In this document: in pieces, positions 29,662-38,422 of the stretch
Position numbering within the stretch: position 1 is the stretch's first letter
Layout: every line of letters starts with the position of its first letter
Origin: a virus
Taxonomy: Duplodnaviria; Heunggongvirae; Uroviricota; Caudoviricetes
Virus record (IMG/VR): IMGVR_UViG_3300031687_001264
Direction: 5' to 3' (one strand)
DNA: 64,000 bases
Notes under the pieces: generated by a model
Databases searched by the model: none
What the model was told of the DNA's origin: nothing
What the model saw: the letters and a program-made list of their open reading frames with translations, nothing else
Made by a program: the position numbers and the translations under genes

Positions 29662-30559
29662 TATTTTTATACCTCTTTAGTGCTTTCGCTAAGTTGATGC
29701 GATTGTATGCGCGATCACGATGGAACATATCCCATTCTGGTGTATCAGGTGCTTGGGCAATATGTATCGTATTAGTCTCTTGCAATCCATAATGTTCACA
29801 TACAATTTTATGTGCTTCTCTATATTTGTTAGGCATAGTATCTGGGCTGAACTTTTTCATTAACGCATTAGACAATGCTACATTCAAATGAATACCGTGA
29901 TTCCATTCTGTCTGCACTCGCATACCACAACGCTCTTCATCTAAACGACTGAACACAATACCAGCACGCCAGTTACCACCACTTAATCCTTTACCAGTGC
30001 TGAATGCAACCATCTTAATACAATCATGTGACAAATCAACATCAATATCAAAACAAGTTCCAAACCATGCACAATCTACCAGAATAGGAATATTCTTTGC
30101 TGTACACTCTTCAATCAACCAATCCCATCGCTCGTGCTTGCGTCCGTTACCACTGAATGGAATACTAACGATAACCGCATCACCTACGGATAACCCAGTA
30201 TCGTCAATGCTATCTGACCAATTCATTTCTGGTCCCAACCATACATCACGGTTATACGGATATTCACCACGGAACACCTTTAAGTTCTGTCCAGTAGCGA
30301 TGCACCAATACTGCCACCATTCTAATGCTTGTGTAGTACCTAAACTAACATAACGATCAGGATATGTATCTAACCCAGTAAAGTTATTTAATTTGCTGCT
30401 TTGTATCCATTTGGGATATAATTCTAAGAATTCTGCTGGTGCTGTACCCACTTCTGCCAAATTCATATTTGGCAATACTTCATCTTGTATATAGTCAATA
30501 AATGGTTGATTCCAAATACTGTTGCCTGTCTTACCGAAATCTGGGTTGTTACTCATCAT
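29642..30559 (-). CDS. PLP-dependent aminotransferase-like (DegT/ArnB-like fold)
   Basis: ILVDCAWFG ... AFSTGKGLSGGNWRAGIV resembles the DegT active-site lysine region. Confidence 0.4.
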   Translation of the reverse strand: MMSNNPDFGKTGNSIWNQPFIDYIQDEVLPNMNLAEVGTAPAEFLELYPKWIQSSKLNNFTGLDTYPDRYVSLGTTQALEWWQYWCIATGQNLKVFRGEYPYNRDVWLGPEMNWSDSIDDTGLSVGDAVIVSIPFSGNGRKHERWDWLIEECTAKNIPILVDCAWFGTCFDIDVDLSHDCIKMVAFSTGKGLSGGNWRAGIVFSRLDEERCGMRVQTEWNHGIHLNVALSNALMKKFSPDTMPNKYREAHKIVCEHYGLQETNTIHIAQAPDTPEWDMFHRDRAYNRINLAKALKRYKNNGKFAE

Positions 30560-30819
30560 GTATTCCTTGTTAGTCCTAGTGCTATTGCATTATCAAATGT
30601 AATAGGATGTGCGCTTACAACGAGCATAAAGAAATCTCTCGCTTCATCGTAATCATTAAATATAGATTCAAATACTATTTCACTTGTTGTACCACTAAGT
30701 GTAACACTATATTTGTCTGTAATTGTTTCATCCGAATATGTGAGTATAACTAAATCGTTATTAGCACCCATATTGTCTTTGAAGTCTTCTGTCGTTTTTA
30801 TATATTGTCGTTTTATCAT
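30556..30819 (-). CDS. hypothetical small protein
   Basis: ORF coupled to neighbours. Confidence 0.4.
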   Translation of the reverse strand: MIKRQYIKTTEDFKDNMGANNDLVILTYSDETITDKYSVTLSGTTSEIVFESIFNDYDEARDFFMLVVSAHPITFDNAIALGLTRNT

Positions 30820-31070
30820 TATAAATATGCCATCTTTAATAAAAATATTTCTTCATCTGGTAGGTCAACTAGAGTAACCCATTCATTGAATGTATAATTA
30901 ATTCCATCAATCCACCATGCAGCGTGACCATCAGGCCATATAACCGCAGGTCCAATCTCATTATGCCATATACACTCATCGTCGTATATGTAGCCGCAAT
31001 ATTCTCTATGATGTACGATCACGATACCATCGTTTGTTACTACAAATGTGCAAGTTGCACTATCTGACAT
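30819..31070 (-). CDS. MORN-like small protein with C-terminal DEEIFLLKMAYL tail
   Basis: Paralogous to 1786..2178. Confidence 0.45.
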   Translation of the reverse strand: MSDSATCTFVVTNDGIVIVHHREYCGYIYDDECIWHNEIGPAVIWPDGHAAWWIDGINYTFNEWVTLVDLPDEEIFLLKMAYL

Positions 31071-32310
31071 AACTCTCGATTTCTGGTATATACTGCAATG
31101 TTTCTGTTTTTCGTAATCTATCTAAATCGTCAGTGTACCTTAGAAACCAATTCCATTGCTTATCAGATTCTTGATCATCTTCGTTTGATAACATTAACCC
31201 ATTACGAATGGATTCAATACCTGTCTGATATCCACCTTCATCTGAGTTTGCACTAGTAAGTGGCCACATTTCTAAATTAGGGATATGCTTTATTTTATCA
31301 TACGCCAATGCTTTCAACTCTTCTGGCATATTTCCTATATTCAAATAGCCAGGATGAACTACCACGTTACTCATCGAAATACTTGCACGATGCGCATGAT
31401 GGGTAGCAAACCATTCCCAGACTTTATCTAAATTAAATATATTGGTAATCATTACCGTAACAGCAAACACTACCTCTACATTTGGGATATCGTAGAATTT
31501 TTCTATGTTCTCGTTCAATTGATCCCATGTGTAACTAGGACCGCCACGAATAATACTATATAATTCATCAGTTGCTTCTACACTAATTAATAATTCTACA
31601 TGCTTAAAGTGACTGAATAATTCTCTAAATTCTTCTTTGAATACGGTTGCATTTGTACTGATGTCTAATGATACGCTACTTGCAATACCATTGTCTACAA
31701 ACCATTGCAATACTGATAAACAGATTTCATCATACAACGGCTCACCACCACGCAGTGCCACCCATTGCAGATTGCGAAAATACTCTGGATTCTTAAATAG
31801 ATTATCCATGAAGTCTATACTTGCACCATGATAACCTATTGGCTGTTTACTCCAATATTCTGGCTTTTCTCTATTAAGAGATTTACCATCTTTAGTCCAG
31901 CCTGTACTTACGAACGGATCACAATGAATACATGCTAGATTACATTTATTACTAAGAGTAAAATCAAGATACCTAATATCAGGAACAGAATCTACTGTAA
32001 GATCTTTACTCGCAACCTTTGTTTCATGATCAATTCTATCCCAGAAATATAAACGACGACTGCGCCCAACTTTCTCTTTCTTCACGCAACCCTGACATGA
32101 TTCTGGAATCTCACGCTTACGATGTGATTCTCTCAATTCAGTGTATGCATCTCCCTCTAGTATTTCACGCAATGATTGCTTACCAATATTACCTAATTTA
32201 CCTTTATAGATAATGTCTGGGATGACGTTACCACCCCATTTAACAGTTAATGCGTGCCAAGGTGCTAAACAGGTAGGTAGATCTTTTCTATTTACGAATG
32301 TGTTTTTCAT
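31060..32310 (-). CDS. radical SAM enzyme with N-terminal SPASM-like Cys domain (paralog 5, divergent)
   Basis: CLAPWH...ESCQGC, then CNLACIHC and LRGGEP. The CC pair is absent. Confidence 0.65.
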   Translation of the reverse strand: MKNTFVNRKDLPTCLAPWHALTVKWGGNVIPDIIYKGKLGNIGKQSLREILEGDAYTELRESHRKREIPESCQGCVKKEKVGRSRRLYFWDRIDHETKVASKDLTVDSVPDIRYLDFTLSNKCNLACIHCDPFVSTGWTKDGKSLNREKPEYWSKQPIGYHGASIDFMDNLFKNPEYFRNLQWVALRGGEPLYDEICLSVLQWFVDNGIASSVSLDISTNATVFKEEFRELFSHFKHVELLISVEATDELYSIIRGGPSYTWDQLNENIEKFYDIPNVEVVFAVTVMITNIFNLDKVWEWFATHHAHRASISMSNVVVHPGYLNIGNMPEELKALAYDKIKHIPNLEMWPLTSANSDEGGYQTGIESIRNGLMLSNEDDQESDKQWNWFLRYTDDLDRLRKTETLQYIPEIESYVR

Positions 32311-33072
32311 TTAATTTATAGAACCTATGTTACGCCTGTTTATTTCCTTTAATTTTTCATAAGATATACGTGCTGCTGTTTCTATGTTAATCTCACAATC
32401 ATCTAATACAGTATTATACGTTAATTTTTTATAAACGTCATATGTACTATTATAATACTCAAACAGCAAATTATAGTCAGCGCCAATCTTTGCGGCTTCA
32501 TACAAAGTTTCTACAGCATCTATTACTAGGCATTCACCTATGTATTGTGAATCGTGAATTTGACCAAGAATGCAATCATCCCAATCAATAATAATCCAAT
32601 CACCAATATCAAACTGCAATATATTACTACGTCCGCCGTCAACATTACAATAAGGAAATATCTTCAGATTTGTTTCTATATATTTTGGAAATACGTGTTT
32701 ATTATACATATCCATATCGTTGTATATTGAGGATAATGGGTTAGAGTCATTCTCCAACCAAGATAAATTTTTGTCTAATTCAAACCCGTAAGGAACTCTT
32801 GTCATTTTATACTTAATAAAAGAATTTGAGTTTGACTCATTACCATTCCAAGAATAATCTAGTCTTTCAATAATTTCCCAATCATCATGTATTAGTTTTT
32901 TAGGGTGTAATGAATTTATTAGATCAATTTGTCCTTGAATACATTCTTCATCAATAGCTGGTATTATTTTTACAATAAAATTACCATCGTCATATGCCCA
33001 CCTTGGCATATGACATGATCTCTCATTAGGATCACCGGGTTCGAACTTATCTGGCATTAATTTCTTATACAT
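32311..33072 (-). CDS. hypothetical protein
   Basis: ORF only. Confidence 0.45.
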   Translation of the reverse strand: MYKKLMPDKFEPGDPNERSCHMPRWAYDDGNFIVKIIPAIDEECIQGQIDLINSLHPKKLIHDDWEIIERLDYSWNGNESNSNSFIKYKMTRVPYGFELDKNLSWLENDSNPLSSIYNDMDMYNKHVFPKYIETNLKIFPYCNVDGGRSNILQFDIGDWIIIDWDDCILGQIHDSQYIGECLVIDAVETLYEAAKIGADYNLLFEYYNSTYDVYKKLTYNTVLDDCEINIETAARISYEKLKEINRRNIGSIN

Positions 33073-33074
33073 TA

Positions 33075-33305
33075 TTAAAACAGTTCTCTTAATAATTTCT
33101 CTTCTGCTTTCTTCTTTGTACGACGATTTACGTCTGCTGCTGCAATTTCTCGCTGCATGTAATCTTCAAACATATTTTTCAGTTCATTCTCTTCTAAATT
33201 CACAATCTGTGATTTAATTGAAGATAACACTTTTGTTACACTCATATCTGTACTTTTATTAATCTCATCTTGGATGATATTTGTTACTACGTCTGCATTA
33301 ATCAT
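33075..33305 (-). CDS. hypothetical small coiled-coil protein, first gene of the island
   Basis: RBS agggga. Promoter lies upstream. Confidence 0.45.
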   Translation of the reverse strand: MINADVVTNIIQDEINKSTDMSVTKVLSSIKSQIVNLEENELKNMFEDYMQREIAAADVNRRTKKKAEEKLLRELF

Positions 33306-33357
33306 GGTAATCCCCTATAAGTTTTATATATATGTATGTATTATAACATTGATACTA

Positions 33358-33386
33358 TTATATACTATGTTTATATGTTCTGTCAA
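33358..33386 (-). promoter_or_regulatory. sigma70-type promoter reading into the radical-SAM island
   Basis: Minus strand cTTGACAgaacatataaacatagTATATA in the 86-bp gap upstream of 33305. Confidence 0.45.
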
Positions 33387-33391
33387 GGTAT

Positions 33392-34393
33392 TTATTTACG
33401 AATTATTACTTCAAATGGCGTGATACCATCTCTCCAGGTCCCAGCAAAATCTTTTATAATTACATCACAATTATTAGATTCCATAAATTTAGTTACACCA
33501 TCTAGATCTGCTACTACTTCGGATAGTGTAATTAAATAACAAGGATCTGCATTCTTATCTGCTGCTAAGAACATCATATGTTCTATACCATTGTATCGCC
33601 AGTTATATCCTATACGGGTATCTTCATGCTGCACAAATCCATCATGTCGTATAGAATCCCATAAGTAGAATCTGATATCTGCTACATCTGCTGACATAAT
33701 ATCATTCATTGTAGTACCTACTACATTCATATTATCATCTACAACTACTGCACACCCATCAAATACTGTAGTGCCAGACTGTGTCAATATCTTAAACTGA
33801 TCTGCACATACGTCAACCGTATGGATGAACTCGCCAGATACACTCCTAAATTCTACCACTTCGCCACGAACAATAATATTCAATCGCACACCGTCCATCA
33901 TCTGTTGTACCACGCAAGGAAACGAGATGTTTTTCATATTCTCTTCCGTGTATTCACTAGCACATTGCACTGGATAACCTTTTATTAAATTATTCCATAC
34001 AGTGTTGATAGTATCTGCATCAAGTCCCCAATCGCATTCGTTTTTCATGATTGCGACAAATATTGGCACTTCTTGATCGTTCATATGTGTCACTGCTAGA
34101 TTACATGCGAATTTTGCTTCTGATGTTGTGTATTTGTTATTTAAAATTTCTTCAAATAAATGCATGAATCTTGGGATTCCCATGCCATGCATTTTGCCAG
34201 CGTTCAGTGGTGTCCAATCTTTCATATCAAATTGAAGCATTGGATCATATGCAAAGGTAACTAACATTTTGATCAATGAGTTTTCTTCATATTTTTCTAA
34301 TATTAATAATTTTTCTTCTTGAGTTGTCGCTAATGTCAATGCATCTGCGACTCTACGTATTGTTGCTATTCTATTCATAACAGTATTTAGCAT
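33392..34393 (-). CDS. ATP-dependent ligase-like nucleotidyltransferase with Lys-to-Met change in motif I (MMDGVR)
   Basis: QQMMDGVRLNIIV ... FRSVSGEF ... FDGCAVV resemble ligase motifs I, III and IV. Confidence 0.35.
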   Translation of the reverse strand: MLNTVMNRIATIRRVADALTLATTQEEKLLILEKYEENSLIKMLVTFAYDPMLQFDMKDWTPLNAGKMHGMGIPRFMHLFEEILNNKYTTSEAKFACNLAVTHMNDQEVPIFVAIMKNECDWGLDADTINTVWNNLIKGYPVQCASEYTEENMKNISFPCVVQQMMDGVRLNIIVRGEVVEFRSVSGEFIHTVDVCADQFKILTQSGTTVFDGCAVVVDDNMNVVGTTMNDIMSADVADIRFYLWDSIRHDGFVQHEDTRIGYNWRYNGIEHMMFLAADKNADPCYLITLSEVVADLDGVTKFMESNNCDVIIKDFAGTWRDGITPFEVIIRK

Positions 34394-34430
34394 GAATAAA
34401 TACCTATATAATTATAGGAGATAAACTATA

Positions 34431-34709
34431 TTGAAATATTATATTTTGATTGACCCACACAAACCAGACTACTGTAAATTGGGTATCACGAAAGATCCAG
34501 AACAACGCATAAAGGCATACCGAACGGCTGCGCCAGATTGTTACTTCAAGAAAATATATGACATCCCCGACATTATACATGAGCGTACAATACTAAAACT
34601 ATTGAAAGAATCATTCAAAGTTAATAGAGAGTATGTACATTGTAACCCTATCATCGTACAGAATATAATAGAAGGTTATTTTACCGATGTTGATATAGCA
34701 TACACTTAA
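34431..34709 (+). CDS. T5orf172/GIY-YIG-superfamily small protein
   Basis: YYILID...YCKLGITKDPEQRIKAY. Lone plus-strand gene. Confidence 0.45.
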   Translation: MKYYILIDPHKPDYCKLGITKDPEQRIKAYRTAAPDCYFKKIYDIPDIIHERTILKLLKESFKVNREYVHCNPIIVQNIIEGYFTDVDIAYT

Positions 34710-35453
34710 TTTAAAGACGAGAGAATGCACTTAGTAGTTAATCTGATTGATGACAAAAAATAGACAATAAAAAAGGCGCAATAAGCACCTATTTTTTAAA
34801 TTCGTTTATATCAGTAATGATTTACACGTTTCTGATATGGCGCAGAACCACGTTGAATGTTTTGCTGTCTATGTTCAAGATTAGATAAACTAGATGCACT
34901 TGACAGATACTGCTCTTCCTGTGTTGGTGTATGTAATTTTTTATTCAATCGCTTCAGTACTCGTTTGATTCTACTCATTATGATAATTCCTCTTTTGATG
35001 GGACTTTGCCCTTGTTGTTTAACATATGGTTATATACCATTTGCCAATCGTTCTTGTATTCAATTCTCGCCCAGCTTTCCAATTCTCTATTAGCCTTGGT
35101 AATAGCAGAGCGTTTTGCGAATTTTGTTCGCACTCTTTGTAATATTGACATTGTATGTCCCTCCAGTATGATTTAATAATCAGTACACATTATAGCATAC
35201 TAACACCTTTATTTATACTAAAGTATTACATAAATGGTAGTTATATAGTATATATTTGTTATTCATACCATTTATATAGACTGAGAATATCATGTTTTTT
35301 ATTTTACTAAATACAAGTGATGATTTAAGAACATGTTTCTAAGAAAATCAGACATCTATGCAAAGCGCAATATAACACCAACTCGGGAGGTGAGAACCGC
35401 ACGCGCTTTTGTAGTCACATATGTTGATCTCGCATAGATGTTATCCCTCTACC

Positions 35454-35930
35454 TCATATCCAACGCAACTTAAATAATAAGGCATCTTTTTCTGACTTGA
35501 ATGCCATGAACACTTCTGGATAAGTATTGTGTAATGCAATCGCCACGGCATCTACATCAGTGCTTATCACGAATTTAGAATTTATAAATTTACCATGTAT
35601 GCGATCAAGTCTAAACTCATCTGTACAATGCTCTTTACACCAATCAGTCAATTCATATGGGGTGGATGCAAATGGATGATACCATGATGGGAAATTAGTG
35701 ATGACAGCCCATCTTACATGAACAATAGACTTGTATCCAAAATAATAATCTACAAGATTGGGGGCAGATTTATCCCTGCAAGTATCATATACATGATTAT
35801 ATTGTTCCCAACTTGTACAGTTATGTTTCTTTAGATATCGCTTATCAACCCTGCGTTTATAGCGTGATCGTATGAAATCCAGTATCATGAATGGTGAACA
35901 CCAAAATGCTTCAATGTGCGCTGTACACAC
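35454..35930 (-). CDS. hypothetical Cys/His-rich protein
   Basis: ORF overlapping the exonuclease gene. Confidence 0.45.
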   Translation of the reverse strand: MCTAHIEAFWCSPFMILDFIRSRYKRRVDKRYLKKHNCTSWEQYNHVYDTCRDKSAPNLVDYYFGYKSIVHVRWAVITNFPSWYHPFASTPYELTDWCKEHCTDEFRLDRIHGKFINSKFVISTDVDAVAIALHNTYPEVFMAFKSEKDALLFKLRWI

Positions 35931-36427
35931 AATGCTTGTACTTTACAATCTTCCATCGCATTATGCGCTTCAAACTCAATCGCCTTACGAGGATCAATTT
36001 CCATAAGTCCTAGCAATGTACGACTATCTCTAATTCGCCAAAAACCAGACCACGGAATATGATGATCATACTGGCGATACATGTTTTCAAGAATACCGAA
36101 ATCAAACTGCGGACCCTGTGCCCAAATATGAGAGGGACCAACTTGCCATTTACACAACGCTTTTAATACATCAATTACAGGCGTACGATTAGGATTGTCA
36201 AGTTCTTCAAGTAACATTGCGCCATTTGTTTTAGCCCACCATGCAATTGTTTCATCAGTAGTGCTACGAGTATCTAACTGTTCTGCTATATCTAGACTGT
36301 AATAGAATTCATCCCATGTACCACGAGATTCATCGTTGGGATCAAATTTAACCCCACCAATAGTAAGTACCACGGCATCTGTATCAGTGCCCAATGTTTC
36401 AATATCAATCATTGCATGTGTTGTCAT
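35885..36427 (-). CDS. DEDDh 3'-5' exonuclease (DexA/RNase T-like)
   Basis: MIDIETLG and HNAMEDC motifs. Confidence 0.6.
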   Translation of the reverse strand: MTTHAMIDIETLGTDTDAVVLTIGGVKFDPNDESRGTWDEFYYSLDIAEQLDTRSTTDETIAWWAKTNGAMLLEELDNPNRTPVIDVLKALCKWQVGPSHIWAQGPQFDFGILENMYRQYDHHIPWSGFWRIRDSRTLLGLMEIDPRKAIEFEAHNAMEDCKVQALCVQRTLKHFGVHHS

Positions 36428-36436
36428 GGTATATTC

Positions 36437-36772
36437 CTAAAATAGTAATTTAAATATGAATGCATCATTTTGGTTTTCAAACAAAAACTGATGCTTATTG
36501 TTGTCTCCCTCTAATCGCTTAATGACATTCCACGATTGTAGATAGATATTATTTGTGCACCATTTCTGCATTTCTTCTGTATTAGTAGCGGTGATTCGAA
36601 CATCTAATCCTCTAGAGAACCAACTATGTTTATGGTCAATGCAATGCCAAACTGTCCAATCTTTATGTGCTTTTCCATATAATCGAATGTTCTTACGTTC
36701 AGTCGGATTGTATTGAGAAAAATCAACTTCGCTTATTTCTTTCTGTTTATCTGTTAACATATTATATTCCAA
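36437..36772 (-). CDS. hypothetical protein
   Basis: TTG start at 36772, or ATG at 36760. Confidence 0.4.
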   Translation of the reverse strand: MEYNMLTDKQKEISEVDFSQYNPTERKNIRLYGKAHKDWTVWHCIDHKHSWFSRGLDVRITATNTEEMQKWCTNNIYLQSWNVIKRLEGDNNKHQFLFENQNDAFIFKLLF

Positions 36773-36788
36773 ATCTAGTATAACAACT

Positions 36789-36817
36789 ATTATAACAGAG
36801 TATAATCATCTTGTCAA
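36789..36817 (-). promoter_or_regulatory. sigma70-type early promoter (minus strand)
   Basis: Reverse complement gives TTGACA ... 17 nt ... TATAAT. Confidence 0.5.
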
Positions 36818-36901
36818 CATATAAAAGGATAAATAGATATAGAAGTGCGATTCACTGGACGGCAATCCCTAATCGCTTTAATACTAAACAGGAGTATCAA
36901 C

Positions 36902-37177
36902 ATGAATATTTATCAATCCCAAAATAACATCTACTACGTTTACCAATACCTACGCGAAGACAATACACCCTACTATATCGGCAAGGGCAAAGAAGACCGC
37001 GCATGGTCAAATAACCCCAATGCTGGTGGATTATCTGATGAACATAAGAAAAATATATCAATAAATGCCAAGAATAGACCAACTGGTAAATGCCCACATT
37101 GCGGTAAAAAAGCAACCAACCAAAATCTTTCACGGTGGCACAATAATAACTGCAAGAAAAAAGGGATTCTGCAATAG
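36902..37177 (+). CDS. truncated GIY-YIG homing-endonuclease-like protein (seg-like)
   Basis: NIYYVYQYL...YYIGKGKEDR plus zinc finger CPHCGKK...WHNNNCK. The middle of the catalytic domain is missing. Confidence 0.55.
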   Translation: MNIYQSQNNIYYVYQYLREDNTPYYIGKGKEDRAWSNNPNAGGLSDEHKKNISINAKNRPTGKCPHCGKKATNQNLSRWHNNNCKKKGILQ

Positions 37178-37219
37178 AATCCCTTTTATAACTTCTTCTA
37201 AAAGACGCTAACTTCTGCG

Positions 37220-38332
37220 TTATGAATCTAAAACCAGCCTTCCGTATTTATCAAAAAAGTCTTGGAAACGAGCAATCTTGCTTTGCTGCGGTACAAGCCC
37301 GTAGTTTTTCATCGCGATTCGTGATGCCATGATAACCATTTCAGTTTCGAAGTTATCCATCATGTAACTAATAAAGTTACTGAATGATTCATCAAAAATA
37401 GTTGAATCTTTAGTCTCTTTGCACTTATCAGAGCGATCCTTCAACTCATAACACATACTAGTAGCAAGTGCATACATCGCTGAAATCTCTTTGGTTTTTA
37501 GAGTAGACACTTTACCATCTAAAACATCAGACGGATTAGGTAGATCACTAGCAATCTTGCGATGTGCCATGAACTTGATCGCAGTACCTTCGCCAACACA
37601 ACCTGCTACAATATCAGTCTGTAAACCTTCTGGCAATACACCTGCCTCGCCATCAAGGAATTCACCAACATAAGTCCATGAACGAGGTGTTGCAAATCCA
37701 CGCGACGATGACTTAGGATCAAACTGATACAAATCGTTCTTTGCAAAGTTCAAGAAACCTACCACATCAGAATTGATTTTTTTATCTACTGCCCAGTTAA
37801 ACCAATCGTCAAAGTCTACACGCAACTCAAAGTGAACAAAACGGTTTTCCAACGGCTTAGGCATACGATACGATACACCCTTGTCAGACTCACGGTTGCC
37901 TGCTGCCATCACAACAACATTTTCTGGTAACACATATTGACCAATCTTACGATCAAGAATCAACTGATATGCTGCTGCCTGTACACTAGGCGCTGCTGAG
38001 TTAAGTTCGTCAAGGAACAAGATAATTGTCTCATACTGTGCAGACAATTCTGCGGTAGGTAGATCAGATGGTGGTAGCCATTGCATAGTACCTGTATCAA
38101 CATTAGGCACAGGATAACCACGAAGATCGGTAGGCTCAAATAATGCCAAACGCATATCAATTACTTTGGTAGTACCAAGTACACCAGAATCAGCAATAGA
38201 TTTAACCATTTCCGATTTGCCAATACCAGGAGGTCCCCACATAAAGATAGGACGCTTTTGACGGAATGCAATCGGTAGAATCTGATTTGCTTCTGACATC
38301 TTGATAGTACGAGTTTGCGTTACATTAGACAT
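37220..38332 (-). CDS. MoxR/CobS-like AAA+ ATPase
   Basis: Walker A GPPGIGKSE and Walker B LFLDELN. 370 aa. Confidence 0.7.
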   Translation of the reverse strand: MSNVTQTRTIKMSEANQILPIAFRQKRPIFMWGPPGIGKSEMVKSIADSGVLGTTKVIDMRLALFEPTDLRGYPVPNVDTGTMQWLPPSDLPTAELSAQYETIILFLDELNSAAPSVQAAAYQLILDRKIGQYVLPENVVVMAAGNRESDKGVSYRMPKPLENRFVHFELRVDFDDWFNWAVDKKINSDVVGFLNFAKNDLYQFDPKSSSRGFATPRSWTYVGEFLDGEAGVLPEGLQTDIVAGCVGEGTAIKFMAHRKIASDLPNPSDVLDGKVSTLKTKEISAMYALATSMCYELKDRSDKCKETKDSTIFDESFSNFISYMMDNFETEMVIMASRIAMKNYGLVPQQSKIARFQDFFDKYGRLVLDS

Positions 38333-38376
38333 AATACTTTTCCTTTTAGGATTTACTTAATTTAATTTACTTAATA

Positions 38377-38405
38377 ATTATAACAAATAACTGAGAGACT
38401 GTCAA
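38377..38405 (-). promoter_or_regulatory. sigma70-type early promoter (minus strand)
   Basis: Reverse complement TTGACAgtctctcagttatttgtTATAAT. Confidence 0.55.
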
Positions 38406-38422
38406 CTCTTTTCGACAACTAT

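Noticed and set aside
17821-33391. Island as an integrated mobile element (integrase, att sites, transposase)
   Set aside because: No integrase, recombinase or transposase motifs and no flanking direct repeats were found. It seems to be part of the phage backbone or to have been acquired by illegitimate recombination.
20990-33391. Classical RiPP precursor (Cys/Ser/Thr-rich leader-core peptide) in island intergenic gaps
   Set aside because: All gaps are under 60 nt except 20990..21111. Its 38-aa peptide is hydrophobic and not Cys/Ser/Thr-rich. A substrate may be encoded elsewhere, or the substrate may not be a peptide.
34822-35093. Small ORFs in the 740-bp non-coding stretch: plus-strand 34857..35093 and a minus-strand 51-aa basic ORF at 34822..34977 with RBS aagagga
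   Set aside because: They are mutually exclusive and have low-complexity products with no conservation evidence. They are mentioned only as part of the non-coding region finding.
35380-35425. GC-rich segment ctcgggaggtgagaaccgcacgcgctttt as a terminator or ncRNA
   Set aside because: Only an imperfect stem (aaagcgc/gcgcttt) with a loop of about 36 nt. That is too little to call.
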